Source: Trichosphaerium sp. ATCC 40318 (lineage: Eukaryota; Protista; Tubulinea). From it: DNA of 64,000 bases. The position numbers and the translations under genes were made by a program. The notes under the pieces are model-generated. The model saw only the letters and a program-made list of their open reading frames with translations. It was not told the origin of the DNA and searched no databases. The DNA lies in the NCBI GenBank assembly GCA_038496445.1, contig JALMLS010000215.1:62001-126000 (forward strand), written 5' to 3'. Positions 37,716 through 51,000 of the stretch are shown here, piece by piece; within the stretch, counting starts at the first letter, position 1; every line of letters starts with the position of its first letter.

Positions 37716-40700
37716 TTATGTGGAAGCTGGTTGGTATGTATCATAGTTTTGTGTAGTATCTATGCCTGTATTCACACCAGATTCTAGTGTTGACTCATCT
37801 TTAATCACTGTAGGTAAACGTTTATTTTTATATCTCTTCTTCCATGCCTTTTTAATTACTTTATGTGTTTCTGCATGTCTAAAAAGAAAACAATTAATCT
37901 GGTGGGTCAACAACGTAATTAATGTTTGTAGTTTAAAATGCACGTGAGCATTATGTATTACTACAATTTAGGCATAGAGTTGAAGAGTTGCTGTTGAGCC
38001 GGAACAGTGGCAATGTTTTTCGTTTGTTTTTTTTGTTGAACATTAAAAAAAAAACTGTAGTGTTTTAAAACGTACCGCTCCATTGTTTCTGGAGATAAAG
38101 CAAATCCGATAACTAAAGTAGCTGCAGCAATATCCAGAAATGTAGATACCATAATAAGAATGACATAGCCAAACGCAAAACCAATAAAAAACCACATAAC
38201 AACCTTTTATATTTGAGTTAAGACAAATTTCTCCTCCAAATTTTGACGTACTAGACTGAGTGGTAGGTCATAAACTGTGCTTCCAAGAAGTCCAGACATA
38301 CCTGCTAGCGCGAAAGCGCCCCAGAATCGTCCAGTACTAAAATTGAGTAAGTACAAGCAATGAAACAAATATCGAAAAGCAGTACTCTAAAACACCATCA
38401 AGTAAATCGTCTGTTACGATTGCTTTAAATCCATGTTTCTTTACTAATTTCAATGTTCTCTTAGCTGCTACAAAGTAGCTTTTACCTATATGTTGTAAGC
38501 AAATACCATTAATTTTCTCAGAAGGACTCACCATAGATAGCAACCTAGTAAACAAAATCAGAAAAAACAAAGAATATTAAAAAAAGCAGCTTGTGCTAGT
38601 ATGACTGTGACTTCAAATCACATACCTGAACAAAAGCGTACTTATTGAATGTACGTAGAATATTCTTGATACAATTAAGAAAGCACATTATAAATGCTTT
38701 GAGCCAAGGCTGCTTTGTGTTTTGTGCCTTTTTAAACAAATACATTGCAATCTACTTTGATTAAGCTCGAATTTCAAAGAACTTAAATACCTTTAGCAAT
38801 GCTACTATTAAAGAACCTAAGCAAATAGATCCAAGAGAATATGTTACTGCATTAAATAGAGCAGTAAATGTTGGATTCTTTGGCATTTCCTTCGTTTTAT
38901 GAAAGAAGTACCTAAACATTAAAATGATTGGAAAAATGTCAAGAGCAATAAATTGTTAGGTACGTACCAGCTGCCTACAGCTCCAGCAATAGTTACTGTA
39001 ACAATGTTCTGGAACACTAGAATGTGTTAGGCGTTGTATAATACAAGAAAACAGGCAACACTAAGTATACAAGTTTTTGATTGATTGATTTTCAATCAAA
39101 CTTTGCTGTTTCTTCTGACCGGTGTTTGGGAGAAATTATGCATACCTTCAAATGTCCAGTAGAATACAAAAAGGAGAAGTATTTCTCCTGCAAATCCAGC
39201 TGGATTTGGTGTAGTTTTAAGCTTAAAGAAAGCACCAAAGAAGAGGCATATCCAACCGGCTTGCCAAAACAGTGAAACAAGCACAACAACAATACTGCCT
39301 ATATTATGCTTTACACTACAGGCAAAAGCATTAGTACCATGACTTCACAATGAAAAGAGTATAATAGTGTCTACACATTACAAAGTATCAAAGAACACGT
39401 GCCTCTTAATAGATACTTTGAGTATCATTGCAACGAAATCTATCTGATTTCTAACGATAAAATACCATATTATCTTCCATACAAGGTAGACTGTAATTAA
39501 TACTCCACCTGGTATATTACCAATTGCATAATTCGCAATAGCGAAAATAAGTAAATTGACAACAGTAAGTACAAGAGTAATCTATAAAAAACAATAAGAA
39601 GTCAACTCACATTACAAAGTCAATAATATGTTTAACGTACCAATATTATTATCCCTGCAAACTTGGATATTATAAAAAGCCACAGTGATGCAATACCCAG
39701 ACCGCCTACAGTGAGCCAAAACGCCATATACACAAACTCAAATCTATACAGCCATATCCAATCGTTCCATCGGCGGAAATACTAAAAAAACAGTTGTAAG
39801 CAAGTTCAACGACTAACAGTAAGCTGGAGTAGCTGTATTGTATCAACAACATATTGAAATAAAAAATCACGTGAACAAGTAAAAATGGCTGATGTTGGTA
39901 CACAAAGGAAGCAAACCAAAAAAGAAGATGAAATTCCAAAAAAAAGTACCTGTTTGAACGCTTCTTTACCTCTTGCTTCAAGATCTTTACAGAATTCTTG
40001 ACCAAGTCCTGTCATAGAATAAGAAAAACCCTCTTTGAACAGTATAGGAACTTCATAACTGTACCTTTAAACAGGCAATTGTTTAGGTTGAATTTTGTTA
40101 TTTGTTCAAAAACATCTTTGAAACATGAAGATGCTAAATCAGCAATATCCTCTCCTTTTACAAGCTTCTTCAGCCCATCTAGAAATATTTGATATACTTG
40201 ATTAGCCTAAGAACATTCATCAGCATCTAAACACTTATTTACAAGCGTACACCGCCCGGGAGAGCACGAGTAAGTGCATAGTCAACACAATTTGGTATTC
40301 CTCCTGTACCAAGTGATACAAGCTTACCAAGACACTTATCATACAGGTCTTAACAACCCAGTTAGTATTTAGAGAGGTGGAAGTGAACATCTTTTAAGGA
40401 AATATGTACCTGGATCGCCGCCTGTTAGTTTGTTAATGCCAAGTTCAAGGCACTTTGAAGAGGCTAAATCAAGGCCGTTTGCAAACTCTGAAACACATGT
40501 TTGAACAAGTGTGTCGGTAAGATTCTGTCCAATAATAGGCGATAAATTATCACTGACGCACTCTATGAGATCGTCTAGTATAAAGAGTGTTAAAAGCAAT
40601 AACCTGAGAACTGACAAAAAGACAAGGAAAAAAGCAGTACCTGGCTTGTTCTTATGGTTTTCTAAACATTCCTTGTAAGGTACAACTGCATCCAAAGACA

Positions 40701-41919
40701 GCTGCTCAACAACAAACACTGAGCAGTTTTCAGCAGCTCCTGGTGACCTGTAGGTATGTTAATCAAATGAATAGTAAATAAGCTCACTTTGTAAGGATAG
40801 GAGATAGGCAAGTGTTGAGAATGTCTGTTACTTGAGATACATTGAATATTGATCCAAGTCCATATTTAGCACAGTTCTCTAATGCTGTACTGCCATTCTT
40901 AAATTGGAGACATTGATTAAATGCTTCAGTTAAAGCAGGAGGAATAGCTAGAAAGCATAATAATAAGCGAATAATGACAGAAGATGAGAAAGAACAAAAC
41001 AAACAAAAAAAAAAAGAAACAGTCTGCAAGAACGCAATAACTGTTTCTAACATCCAAGACTTTATGACGTACTCTGTCTCTTTGTGCCTCCATCATCAAC
41101 AGTGAAAGTTTCAATACCATATTCTATGCATTTTTCACGTGCATCAGGATCACCCCTTATGACATACGTTAAGCATCCATCATATATGGATTTTTCTCCT
41201 ACTGGGTCTGTGCTAACCAGTCCTCCCTTGGAATCTGACTCCTAGTACAATCATAAGATATAACATTGTTTTAAAAACAAGCAAATAAAGGGTAAGGAGC
41301 AACCTTATCTTGTACTCTAACTACAACATGGATTGGCAAAAAGCGAAAAACCAAAAAAAAAAAGGAAGGAATTGTGACTTCCGTTCCGTGTTTAGTTACA
41401 TCTTTACTGTAAAAGGCCTAACCCCCAAAGAGTTCTAAAATGGCTTGCTTGTGCTTTTTAACTACTTTGTTAATGCTGGGTAGGACTCTCAGTGACAATG
41501 TAACGTGGAAGTTCGTTATTCTTTTTGACGGATCTTTCTTTAAAATCTAACTTAAAACGAGAATTCTTGACGTACCACAAACCCGCATATTGACGCAGTT
41601 GTTAGGTCTCTTATACCTAGTACGCCCAATACAGCAACAATGCTTACTAAAATGAGAAACAAAACAGCAAATGGTATATCTCTGTATATAACAGTTAGAA
41701 ACAGCGCTCAGTAATGAAAAGACGTTTATAAAAGCTCAAAAAAAGGAAAATCAAATATTTCTCGCCAAAACCCGCATTACATATAATGTTTGCGTATTAA
41801 AACGCGGATAGACATAAAAAAAGAGGTTCAACGTGCCTACATTTTCGTTTCGCTTTATGACAAACCTGAAGTTCTTTACGAACTACAAGCGACTCCGCTC
41901 TTTGCGTAGCAGGTTGCAT
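37716..41919 (-). CDS. Choline transporter-like protein (CTL/SLC44/Pns1 family) with a large Cys-rich first loop
   Basis: KRKCRDIPFAVLF at TM1; VRNQIDFVAMILK; VTVTIAGAVGSW; AVTYSLGSICLGSLIVA; GKSYFVAAKRTLKL; IVTDDLLDGVL; STFLDIAAATLVIGFALSPE. Confidence 0.88.
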
Positions 41920-42087
41920 AAACAGTATAAAGCGTGTTTGAGCGAGAGTAACAGAAAATGGAAAGCTAACTTAACATCTCTAAGTCGTTACGTTTTTGCC
42001 ACAACTTTTCACGTACTTCCACTAGTATTCTAGCTCCCAACTTTTTTTTTATTCTTCGGCCACTATATCACTTCTAACCCACATCTA

Positions 42088-45000
42088 ATGCCCAGTGTTT
42101 ATCTCAGTAAGCTGGAAATTACCGCCTTTACTTTTATAAAAGTTTTCCTTGCAAACTGGAAGAAACAGTATAAAATATCAGGGGAAATACGCCTTTCAAA
42201 ATACCTCCAATGATGATGAAGGTGGCAGTAGTAAGGAGAGGTATTATTCTTTAATCATTTGTTTTGAAAGCATCTGTGTTGAGTTTATTGTAGATGCTCT
42301 ATTTCGCTTCTAATATCTAACAAGACACAAGATGAAAGTTTATGCACTGAAAAACCTCTTGCGAGCACGTGCTATACAGATGTATTAGGCGAAAAAAGTT
42401 GACAAATTTTCTGAATTTGTTTTAACGCCATCATAGCCACAAGTCGTATAATAAGGCCTTCGATATCACCATGTATCGCTGTAGAAAGCAATACAGAGTA
42501 ACAACCGCGCTGACATGTGAAGTCGGGTTTGAAGCGTCTTGTAAGAGTACATTCCCACAAAGTAAGTCTATACGAACCACAACGTACTCAGTTTGTATTA
42601 ATTTTTTGTTCTAAGCTGAGCCTCATTATTATTGTGTCAAGGAAGACATAGTCGTACGCATGAGGATACTCTCAACCTTTCTACAACGGTTTTTTCCTCT
42701 TTTCCAGAAAATTTTACACCGCTTAACGATTTGAAGGCTTGTACTGTTTGTGGTAAGGCACTAAGACCGTATATGCCTTGGGATAGGCCTTTGATGTACA
42801 TTGACAACATTGATCTTCACAGGTAAGTAATGATTGCGTATTTATCACGTGTATACTAAAATAAACAAGACCAGCACATTGCGCTTTGGCTTTACAGTTC
42901 AAAGAAATAAAACCAGAGGTTGATCAACAGTGCCACACTATTCGAACAATTTTGAACGTCTGACTGTTTTACTCTTAGCACGTGCGTATAGACACGAATT
43001 TGATACAAAAGAAAGATCAAGAAGGCTCGAAATGGAGCCCTTGCTTGCCGCCACAACCATTTGGTATGTTGTGTACAAAGCTGCTTATATCACATGTCTA
43101 ACTAAGTTCTAGTGTTGCAAGAATACTATGGCGTGACAACAAAAGACCACAAACAATCGTGTTACATAACTAAGGTAATCCAAACAAATATACCCTTCAT
43201 GAACTAACACGTGGGTACTTTCTAGCAAAGGATTCGTGGTACTCGATATAAAGGTAACGCCGTCTTGTTTACGAAAGTATCAAAAGTTGTAAACTCACGT
43301 TTGTTTTTTTTAGCGTTTACCATCCCTACACCACCAAAGCATGAGAGGGGAGATTACTTTCCTCATCTTAAAGATCTACCAGTTGATTTATGTGAAGCTT
43401 CATGGATCTTGAGGTTTAAAACAGACAGAATTGACTTGAAAGAAAACGTGATTTGGTTCATTGTACAAACTGCCTTTTTGTCAACGAAACTAACTTTGTT
43501 CACAGATTCCGTCATTATTCGCTTTAGATAGACCACTGACTTCAATAAACATGCTACAGGTAATTAAAATAATGTTGACCCTAACTAGAGGTGAAAACCA
43601 TTAATGATTGTGTCATTATGGAAGCACGATTTACCTTTTTTTGTTATACTTAAAAACCTAGGCTGTGAACTTTGATACATCAAAACTAAGTGTGTCTCCT
43701 CCATCTCCAACTGGTACTGATTCTCCGAGCCTCCTTGGTTCCAAATGTACTACAGCAATGTCTTAAATCTCTTTCTATTTCTCATTATAAAAACGCAGCT
43801 TCAGAACAAGACAAGGATTCCTCAGACCCAGACTCAGACTCAGACTCTGAACTACCTAATAATTACACCAAACTATACGGTGGTATTGATAATATCACAT
43901 ACTTGAACTACAATGAAAGCAATAATGAATCTTATGATGATGAAGGATCAGAAAGGTTACCAACAACAGCTTACTCATCACTTGCATTATCTGGAAACAA
44001 AGAACAAGAACAGGATTCAGATGAAGACATACCGCTTCATACTGAAGCGTATGGTCAGTCTCAGAACCTCAACACCTCCTCCGATGATCTAACGGCTGGA
44101 ATGCACGCTGGAGCATACGCTGCGGCCAATATAGGTACGAGATATCATCGTTCAAGCTTTAATTTTACATCATGTCGTAGAACAATACGTTGAAGAGAAG
44201 GACGTAGAAGTACCACAGGAGGTGCAGACTTCTAATCTTCAAGAGAATTACACCCTAGATGCTGATTGTGATGATTACAGTGCTTATACAAATCCAAGTA
44301 TAACCCCATACACAGAACCAACTATGACCGATGTAACGCCTTATGAAGAACCAAACACTTCAGTGACATACTTGAGCGAAGATGATAAACAAGGCGAAGT
44401 GACATATCTTAGCCCAGAGAACATAGATGACAGCACTGTTTCATATCAAGAGCCAGAATCAGCAACATACACTCTCGATGAAAGCGGTGAAGAAGAAGAC
44501 AATAAGAGTGCAAAAAGTGAACAAGGACACACTTACTTGTCAAGTACTGTTGATACCGACGATATGAGTGAAGGTAACTTCAAGTTATGAATCTGTTTGA
44601 GTATGATAAACAAGCTTTTAGGTTCTGAACAGGGTTACACATACGCAAATGTAGAATTACAAGATGTGGACAAGACGGAATTGACATCCTCAAAGCCTTC
44701 ATCAAGAGGTAAAGAAAGTTATTCTATTTCTCACAACTTATCTGTGTGCTTGTATATAGATTGGAATTCTGAGTTTCAAGTGTTATTTGCGTATAGACCT
44801 AAAGGATTAGATGATAAATTAGAGTACTTGTATAAACTCAGTACGCTCTCAAAACAATTTATTGATATTGCGAGTAAATCAGGAAGGCACGTTTTTTTTT
44901 CCTAGTTTTTTCTCTATGTTGTCATAAGCAATTAGTTTGTTTGTCCTTTGTATTTCTTTCTCTTATGATTGTATTAAGGGTAATCATAAATGAGAGAAGT

Positions 45001-48000
45001 ATTCCTAATCACCAGAAGACAATTAAACCTGTCAATGTAGGTGGCATTGCTGGAGGCGAGAAGGTATGACAAGCTTCAAGTTGTGTTGATTAAGTTGTAA
45101 CTGATTTGATTTGCGTACTAGTACATTCATAGCGGAATCTTTTTCAAGTTTGCAATCGATCCTTATGGTATCTATGGTGGTGATGAATTTGCATCAAAGG
45201 CCGCAGGTAAGAAACCCAATGATTTAAATCAAAGAGGTTACCTTTTTTTTTTTTTCCTCTGATCTTTTCGATTAAGGACATGAATTGAATGGACTTAAAG
45301 CGTACTACAACAGCCATATTGATGGATTACATTTTCCGTTTATGGTTGTTCTTGATTACAAAGGATACAGACTCATCGGTACGTCATTTTAGACGTTTAT
45401 TGAATAGCCTTGAATGAAAGTTTTCTCTTTTTGATACTGTTTGTTTATAGCAACGACTTGTTTACCGATAACTGGTGATTCTACGTTGATCTATGGAAGT
45501 GCAAATGGAGGGAAAACAATCCATAAAGATGATCCTCATTTCAACAAACTGATGAAGGAAGCTGCAGAAAAACTTCATATAAAGGGTCATATGGTATGTC
45601 TATTCTACTACAAACACGGACTATCTATTCCAGCTACTGTGATGATATTCTCTTATTTTTTGAAAGGCTGGAAACACTAAACTTGAAGAGATATTTGGTC
45701 CTGTTGATATTGAAGGACATAAAGGAAAAGATGGAAGGTAAACAGTTTTTGAAAAAAAATACATCAACGAAAATGATAACTTTCTTACAAACGCTTGTTC
45801 CATAGATACTACGTTTTGGATACCGCTCGCATTTATCCACCTGTAAGCAAATAATACCACTACCAAATGAGTGAATCTAGAGTGATATGCAGTTTGTATA
45901 GCGTTCAAAAAAAACAGTTTAAAATTCTGAGTTTATTCTTAAGTTTAACTAGGAACCGCTTCGTCAGACTTTTATTGCAGTAAAAATACCAGCAGATCAT
46001 AAAAGAGAACTTATAGGCTACACGTATCCATCAATAACTCGATCAGTTCATCCATTCAGAACACCAGGATTGGACAATGATCCAGAAAAATTCCAACATC
46101 TAGATCGTACGTTTTTATCAAATGAATGACCATGTGTTCCCTTGTTGAGTTTCATGTTTAGCTATTGAGGAGATACAGCTTCCAGCTAATAAATTTGAAG
46201 ATCAAGTCGGAAAAATATTAAGCCAATATGTCAATAAGTGCTATGGAAAACTAAAGGCAATTATTACGAAAGATAATTTCTTAGAAGGAAGTCTGTTTCA
46301 TGCAGCACCTGTGATCAGTGGTGATTTAAATGCAAGGGATTTTATTAACTCAAGAGCATCTACTATAGTAGGTAAAGTAGTGTATGGTGACTGTATACTA
46401 GTTCTCAAAGGTAAGCTAAAAACAGAAAAAAAAAATACTCACTCAGCATCATTGTTAAGGTAGAAAGTCGGCGCATTTATACAAGTTACTTAGACAATCT
46501 TACCTCAATGTTCTGCGACAGAAGTTTCCAAATAAGCCTCTATCATCAGACGCTTTTACAAGATTTGGGAGACATGATAAACTTGTACATAACAAGGAAG
46601 TGACAGGTATACAAGTTACTTCTTTTTTTGGTTAATAATGTTCATACCAATTATTTAGACGCTTTCTTCTACCTTCTTGATGACCATTGGAAAGAATGTA
46701 AAAAAGAGATTAACGTACGTCACACGTGATTTGTCACGATTATTTTGATTGAGTCTTGTAGTCACCGAACTTTCATCCAACACAAAAAGAGTTCTTGTCT
46801 TTCTTGCAAAACAAAGGATTCAATATGAGGTTTCTAGGTACCTTCATTTCCAAGCTTTACCTTCACCATTGTTGACCCTTTTTCAAAGGATTTATCCGAC
46901 CTCAACTAGAAGATGTATCTTGCGGTGATATTCTACAGTCCATGTTGCTGCTTGAAATGATAGCTCGAGTTACAAAGGCTTATCTAAGGTATTTTTACCG
47001 TGATTTGTTTGAATATTTACTCATTTACTTCAGGAAGAGACTGCAAGCAGTTGATAGTAAGGACGCTCCCAGAGTTGTTGTTAATCATTTCAACTTGATA
47101 TTTGGAAACTCTGACGCCTCTGATTATTTCTGGAAGACATTTGTTAAGATACAAATCGGTAAGTGCTTACTTATAACTTGACTTTCGAGTTTACTTTTCT
47201 TTCAGTTGTCAAGTTTGCTATTTATGGCGGCTTGGCACTCACAAGCGAAGAGATCAAAACAACACACGATCTACGCTCTAGTGTCAATTTACAGAGCTTG
47301 TTTCAACTGATGCAAGAGAAAGTTGGCGTTCAATTCAAGCCTGAAATCCAAGTACAATTAACTCTTTTACAATTCTCTTCTTTTTCGTTTTAATTACTTT
47401 GTAACGTAGGATCGATTTGTTGCTGATGCTGAGTTTCTTTCATCACCTTTTCCTTTCAGTGAGTTTGATGTATTAGAGTTGACAATCCTTCAGAAAAATA
47501 TGTTGTATCCAGAACTCAACAATGACATTTTAAATTGTATTCATCAAAAGACTGAGCATGACGGTACATACAAGCCCTCCACCCGCTTTTGTCTTCCCGG
47601 CATGTACTAACTTTGGAACCTGCCATAGGTGTTATTGACTATCAAGGGCGACACGAACTTTATGCAAAGTTCTTTGGCGAAAAAAGCAAACAGGTGACAC
47701 AACATTGTTTATGTAACAAACTTCATTCTTATTGTAGGTCGCTCATAATTTTGTTAATATGGCATGGATGGACCTACATCATTCTCGAGTTCCTGATATG
47801 ACTACTAATATTAACAAGTACGTAATTGTGTTACTTCATTAATTGTTTGCTTAAAGTTTTAACAGGGCGCTTGATGTGTTTTCTCATTGTGTAACAAAAA
47901 CACCATTGGAAGTTTGTGTTAAGACCTATTACATGATGGGAGTGGTTTGCATATCTAATAAGGGCTATGCTCAAGCAGAATCATTCCTTAGAGCATCTTA

Positions 48001-51000
48001 TTGGGCTCTCACAAAGCTCACTGGAGCAGCGTACTACAACTTTGCTTTGGATGTTTAACTGAACTTCTGTTTAGTCATGATCCTGTCAATGACCATATAT
48101 TCCTTGAGACAGATACCTCTTTCTCTCTATTCATTCTAGCTAAACTATCTTATGTTGTTCGGATGCAAGGTCGTCTTCACGAGGCAGCTGGATATGCCAA
48201 CAAGTTCGTAAATCTCTGGAAGTATGCTGGTTAATTTTAGAACAAAGCATTAAAGTATATTCACATTTTTCTTTCCCTAGGTACTTTGGTGTATCTCCAA
48301 TGGGATCTCCTGCTAGACAATTTGAATACTTTGGTGAAGATGTATTCTTGATGTTCGTCACATCTCTTGAATGGCTAATTGTAAGACGTTTTCAGATATG
48401 ACTTTTTTTTCCTTTTTACTCATTGTTGGAATTTGTTTTAGGAATTTGCAACTGTCGGCCAAAATAAACTCATGAAATGTATAGCAGTTGAAGAAATACT
48501 TACTAATCAGGCTCAACGCCATCAAGATATAACAATTAGTTATTCGAAAAGCGAGACACGTAGCACGTGAATTTTTTTCTTTTCTTGCGATTTATTTCTA
48601 ACATTTGTTTTGATCTTCAATGTACTAATGGTTTGTACGAAAATCAGGAAAGGAGCCAGACAACTTATTGTATACACTCTCACATAGGAGGATAAATCCA
48701 GTTATGAAAGATATCCAAATGTTTAATATCTTCAAGTGGTTCTACACTCACAACAAACAAGAGCATGAACAAATGAACAGTGAAGAATTTACCAATACTT
48801 TAAATGACCGCTGTACGTTCTTTAATCTTATCTGATTCATATATTTGTGTACGTCATAACGAGCTATATGATTGACTATTCTATCATAGTGATGCTTCAT
48901 AAATTGACAGACTACAGCGGACGCACACTTTCACCAAAAGTACTTTTTTATGTTTTCTTCTTTGTCACTTATTCTTTTTCTTTCAGGTTCTTGATGTGTA
49001 CATGAAGTCAGAATCGTACAAAGACTCCTACTATACTAACAGTTAGTATTTGTCTGCTATTAAAGTTTATTAATACCATTCGAACAGGTTTGGCGTATGA
49101 TATGTGTTTAGTAAATACAACTACTTTTCAGTTGTTTGAAAGTACACACTATAAATTGAACTACACATCAAGTATAGAATACAATCCTATACATAAAATA
49201 GACCCTAACAAATCTCGGATATCCATTGACTATTCGTGGCACCTAGCAGAGTAAGTGCTTTGGAAGAAAAAAAGTATTTTTTCTTTCTTATTTTTTTCTT
49301 ATTTTTGTTTTTTTTTAGGGAAGCTTATTTCAGGAACAAGGTATGTTACATGTAGTACTATGTAATTTATAACCTCATTTATATAGGGTAATTCTTTGAC
49401 AACTCCCGCCAATGTAGTTATATGGGAATGGACTAAAAAAGAAGACGGAAATGCAACAAATGGATTGTACATTATTCAGAAATATTTATTTCTCATACTC
49501 TAACTTTTTGTTAGCTACTCTAGGAAGGCGATAGCAAATAATGTGGTATATGCCATAAAACCTGGGACGGGTACAAAACATCACTAGGCATATCACAAGA
49601 CAACAGTTTTTTTAGGAAGGTCTAAAGTTACATTTCCGTTTAAAAAGGTAGAGGAACCTTTTTTTTGAAACAAAACTCCACTTACTTTGTTAGGATCGAA
49701 TGTACACACTCTCAGTTGATTTGGGTTATGGTAAATCATCTGTTATTATCGCTGGTACAACAAACATAACTGCAATCTATATATTAACCACTATTAAGGA
49801 CGTACAATATCCATGATTTCAAAAGGTTAAAAACATAGACAACAGAACTTAACGTTTGCTAATACAGTTACTAGAACAAAAATTTATTACTCAAAGCACC
49901 AACAAGTCATTCACAGCTCCTCTTTTCCCTCACATTAACCCTCACTTTAACGATGAAGATATAATGTAAGAAAATACGTCATAAATCATCGAGTTTTTAG
50001 TAAATAACTAACAATCACTTTAGAGCTTGGAACTACAATGGCGAAGCTCAAGTGATCGAAGAGAAGCATTATAATCGAGAAGAACCAAGAACAGTAGTGT
50101 GGACACGTCATGGAGACTTATGGCAATCCAAGACACTCCCAGCCGGCAAGCCTTCAAAATACTCTTTTCTTAAAATAGCAACTAACTTCCCTGTTTAGAA
50201 CTTCCTCCGCAAACAAAGTTCAAGTAATAATTCGAGCCTAGTCACAACTTCATTGCATTCATCTAACGTAATTTTTTTGTAGCGGACTTTTGAAGCAGTC
50301 CATTATTCATCCACCTCCTTTGACATTTATTCGTCTGGATATTCCTCCAAAGTTAAAAATATCTTCGATTTGCATGTCTGCCTCTCACTGTGCTTTCCTT
50401 GATGATAATACAGGACGTATATATACTTGGGGAAAGAATGACATTGGTCAACTTGGTCTTGGAGACAAGGTTAGTATGAGTCGTTTGTTGTACGCGTTTT
50501 TGCTTAACGTTTCTTCAGACAGACAGAAATCATCCAAGATTGGTCGAAAAGATGGGTGACGTTCCAGTGAGGTAATGATAAATAAGGCTTCAGAGTAGTA
50601 CAGTTGCTTACTATTATAAAGATACTTGAGCGTTTGTTATGGGAGATCATTCGCTGTCACAAAAGAGGTATTGACTTTCTTCTTTTTTTCTTTTTTCTTT
50701 TGTTAAAGGGTGTCTCATATCAGTGGGGCTTGGACTTTGGACTATTTCCAACACCGCTTCCTGATGATTACTTTGATTCTGGTATAAAGGAAGAGATTGT
50801 ATCGTTCCATGGAGCAAACTGTAAGGAAACTACTTGTTTATTTGAAAGCTGAAGTGTTTGTTTTTTTTGTAGTCAACCCTCGAGGAAATGTTAGTAGCTT
50901 TTACTCACCAGATGTACAAAGATTCCAAGACTATTTATGCTTTTATGTCACAAAGGTTCGGTGTTTTTTTTCGATACAGATCCTTTTTTACTTACAAGTC

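Noticed and set aside
41405-41440. U5 snRNA-like GCCTTTTAC loop on the minus strand
   Set aside because: No correctly placed flanking stem or Sm site; lies within the CTL gene
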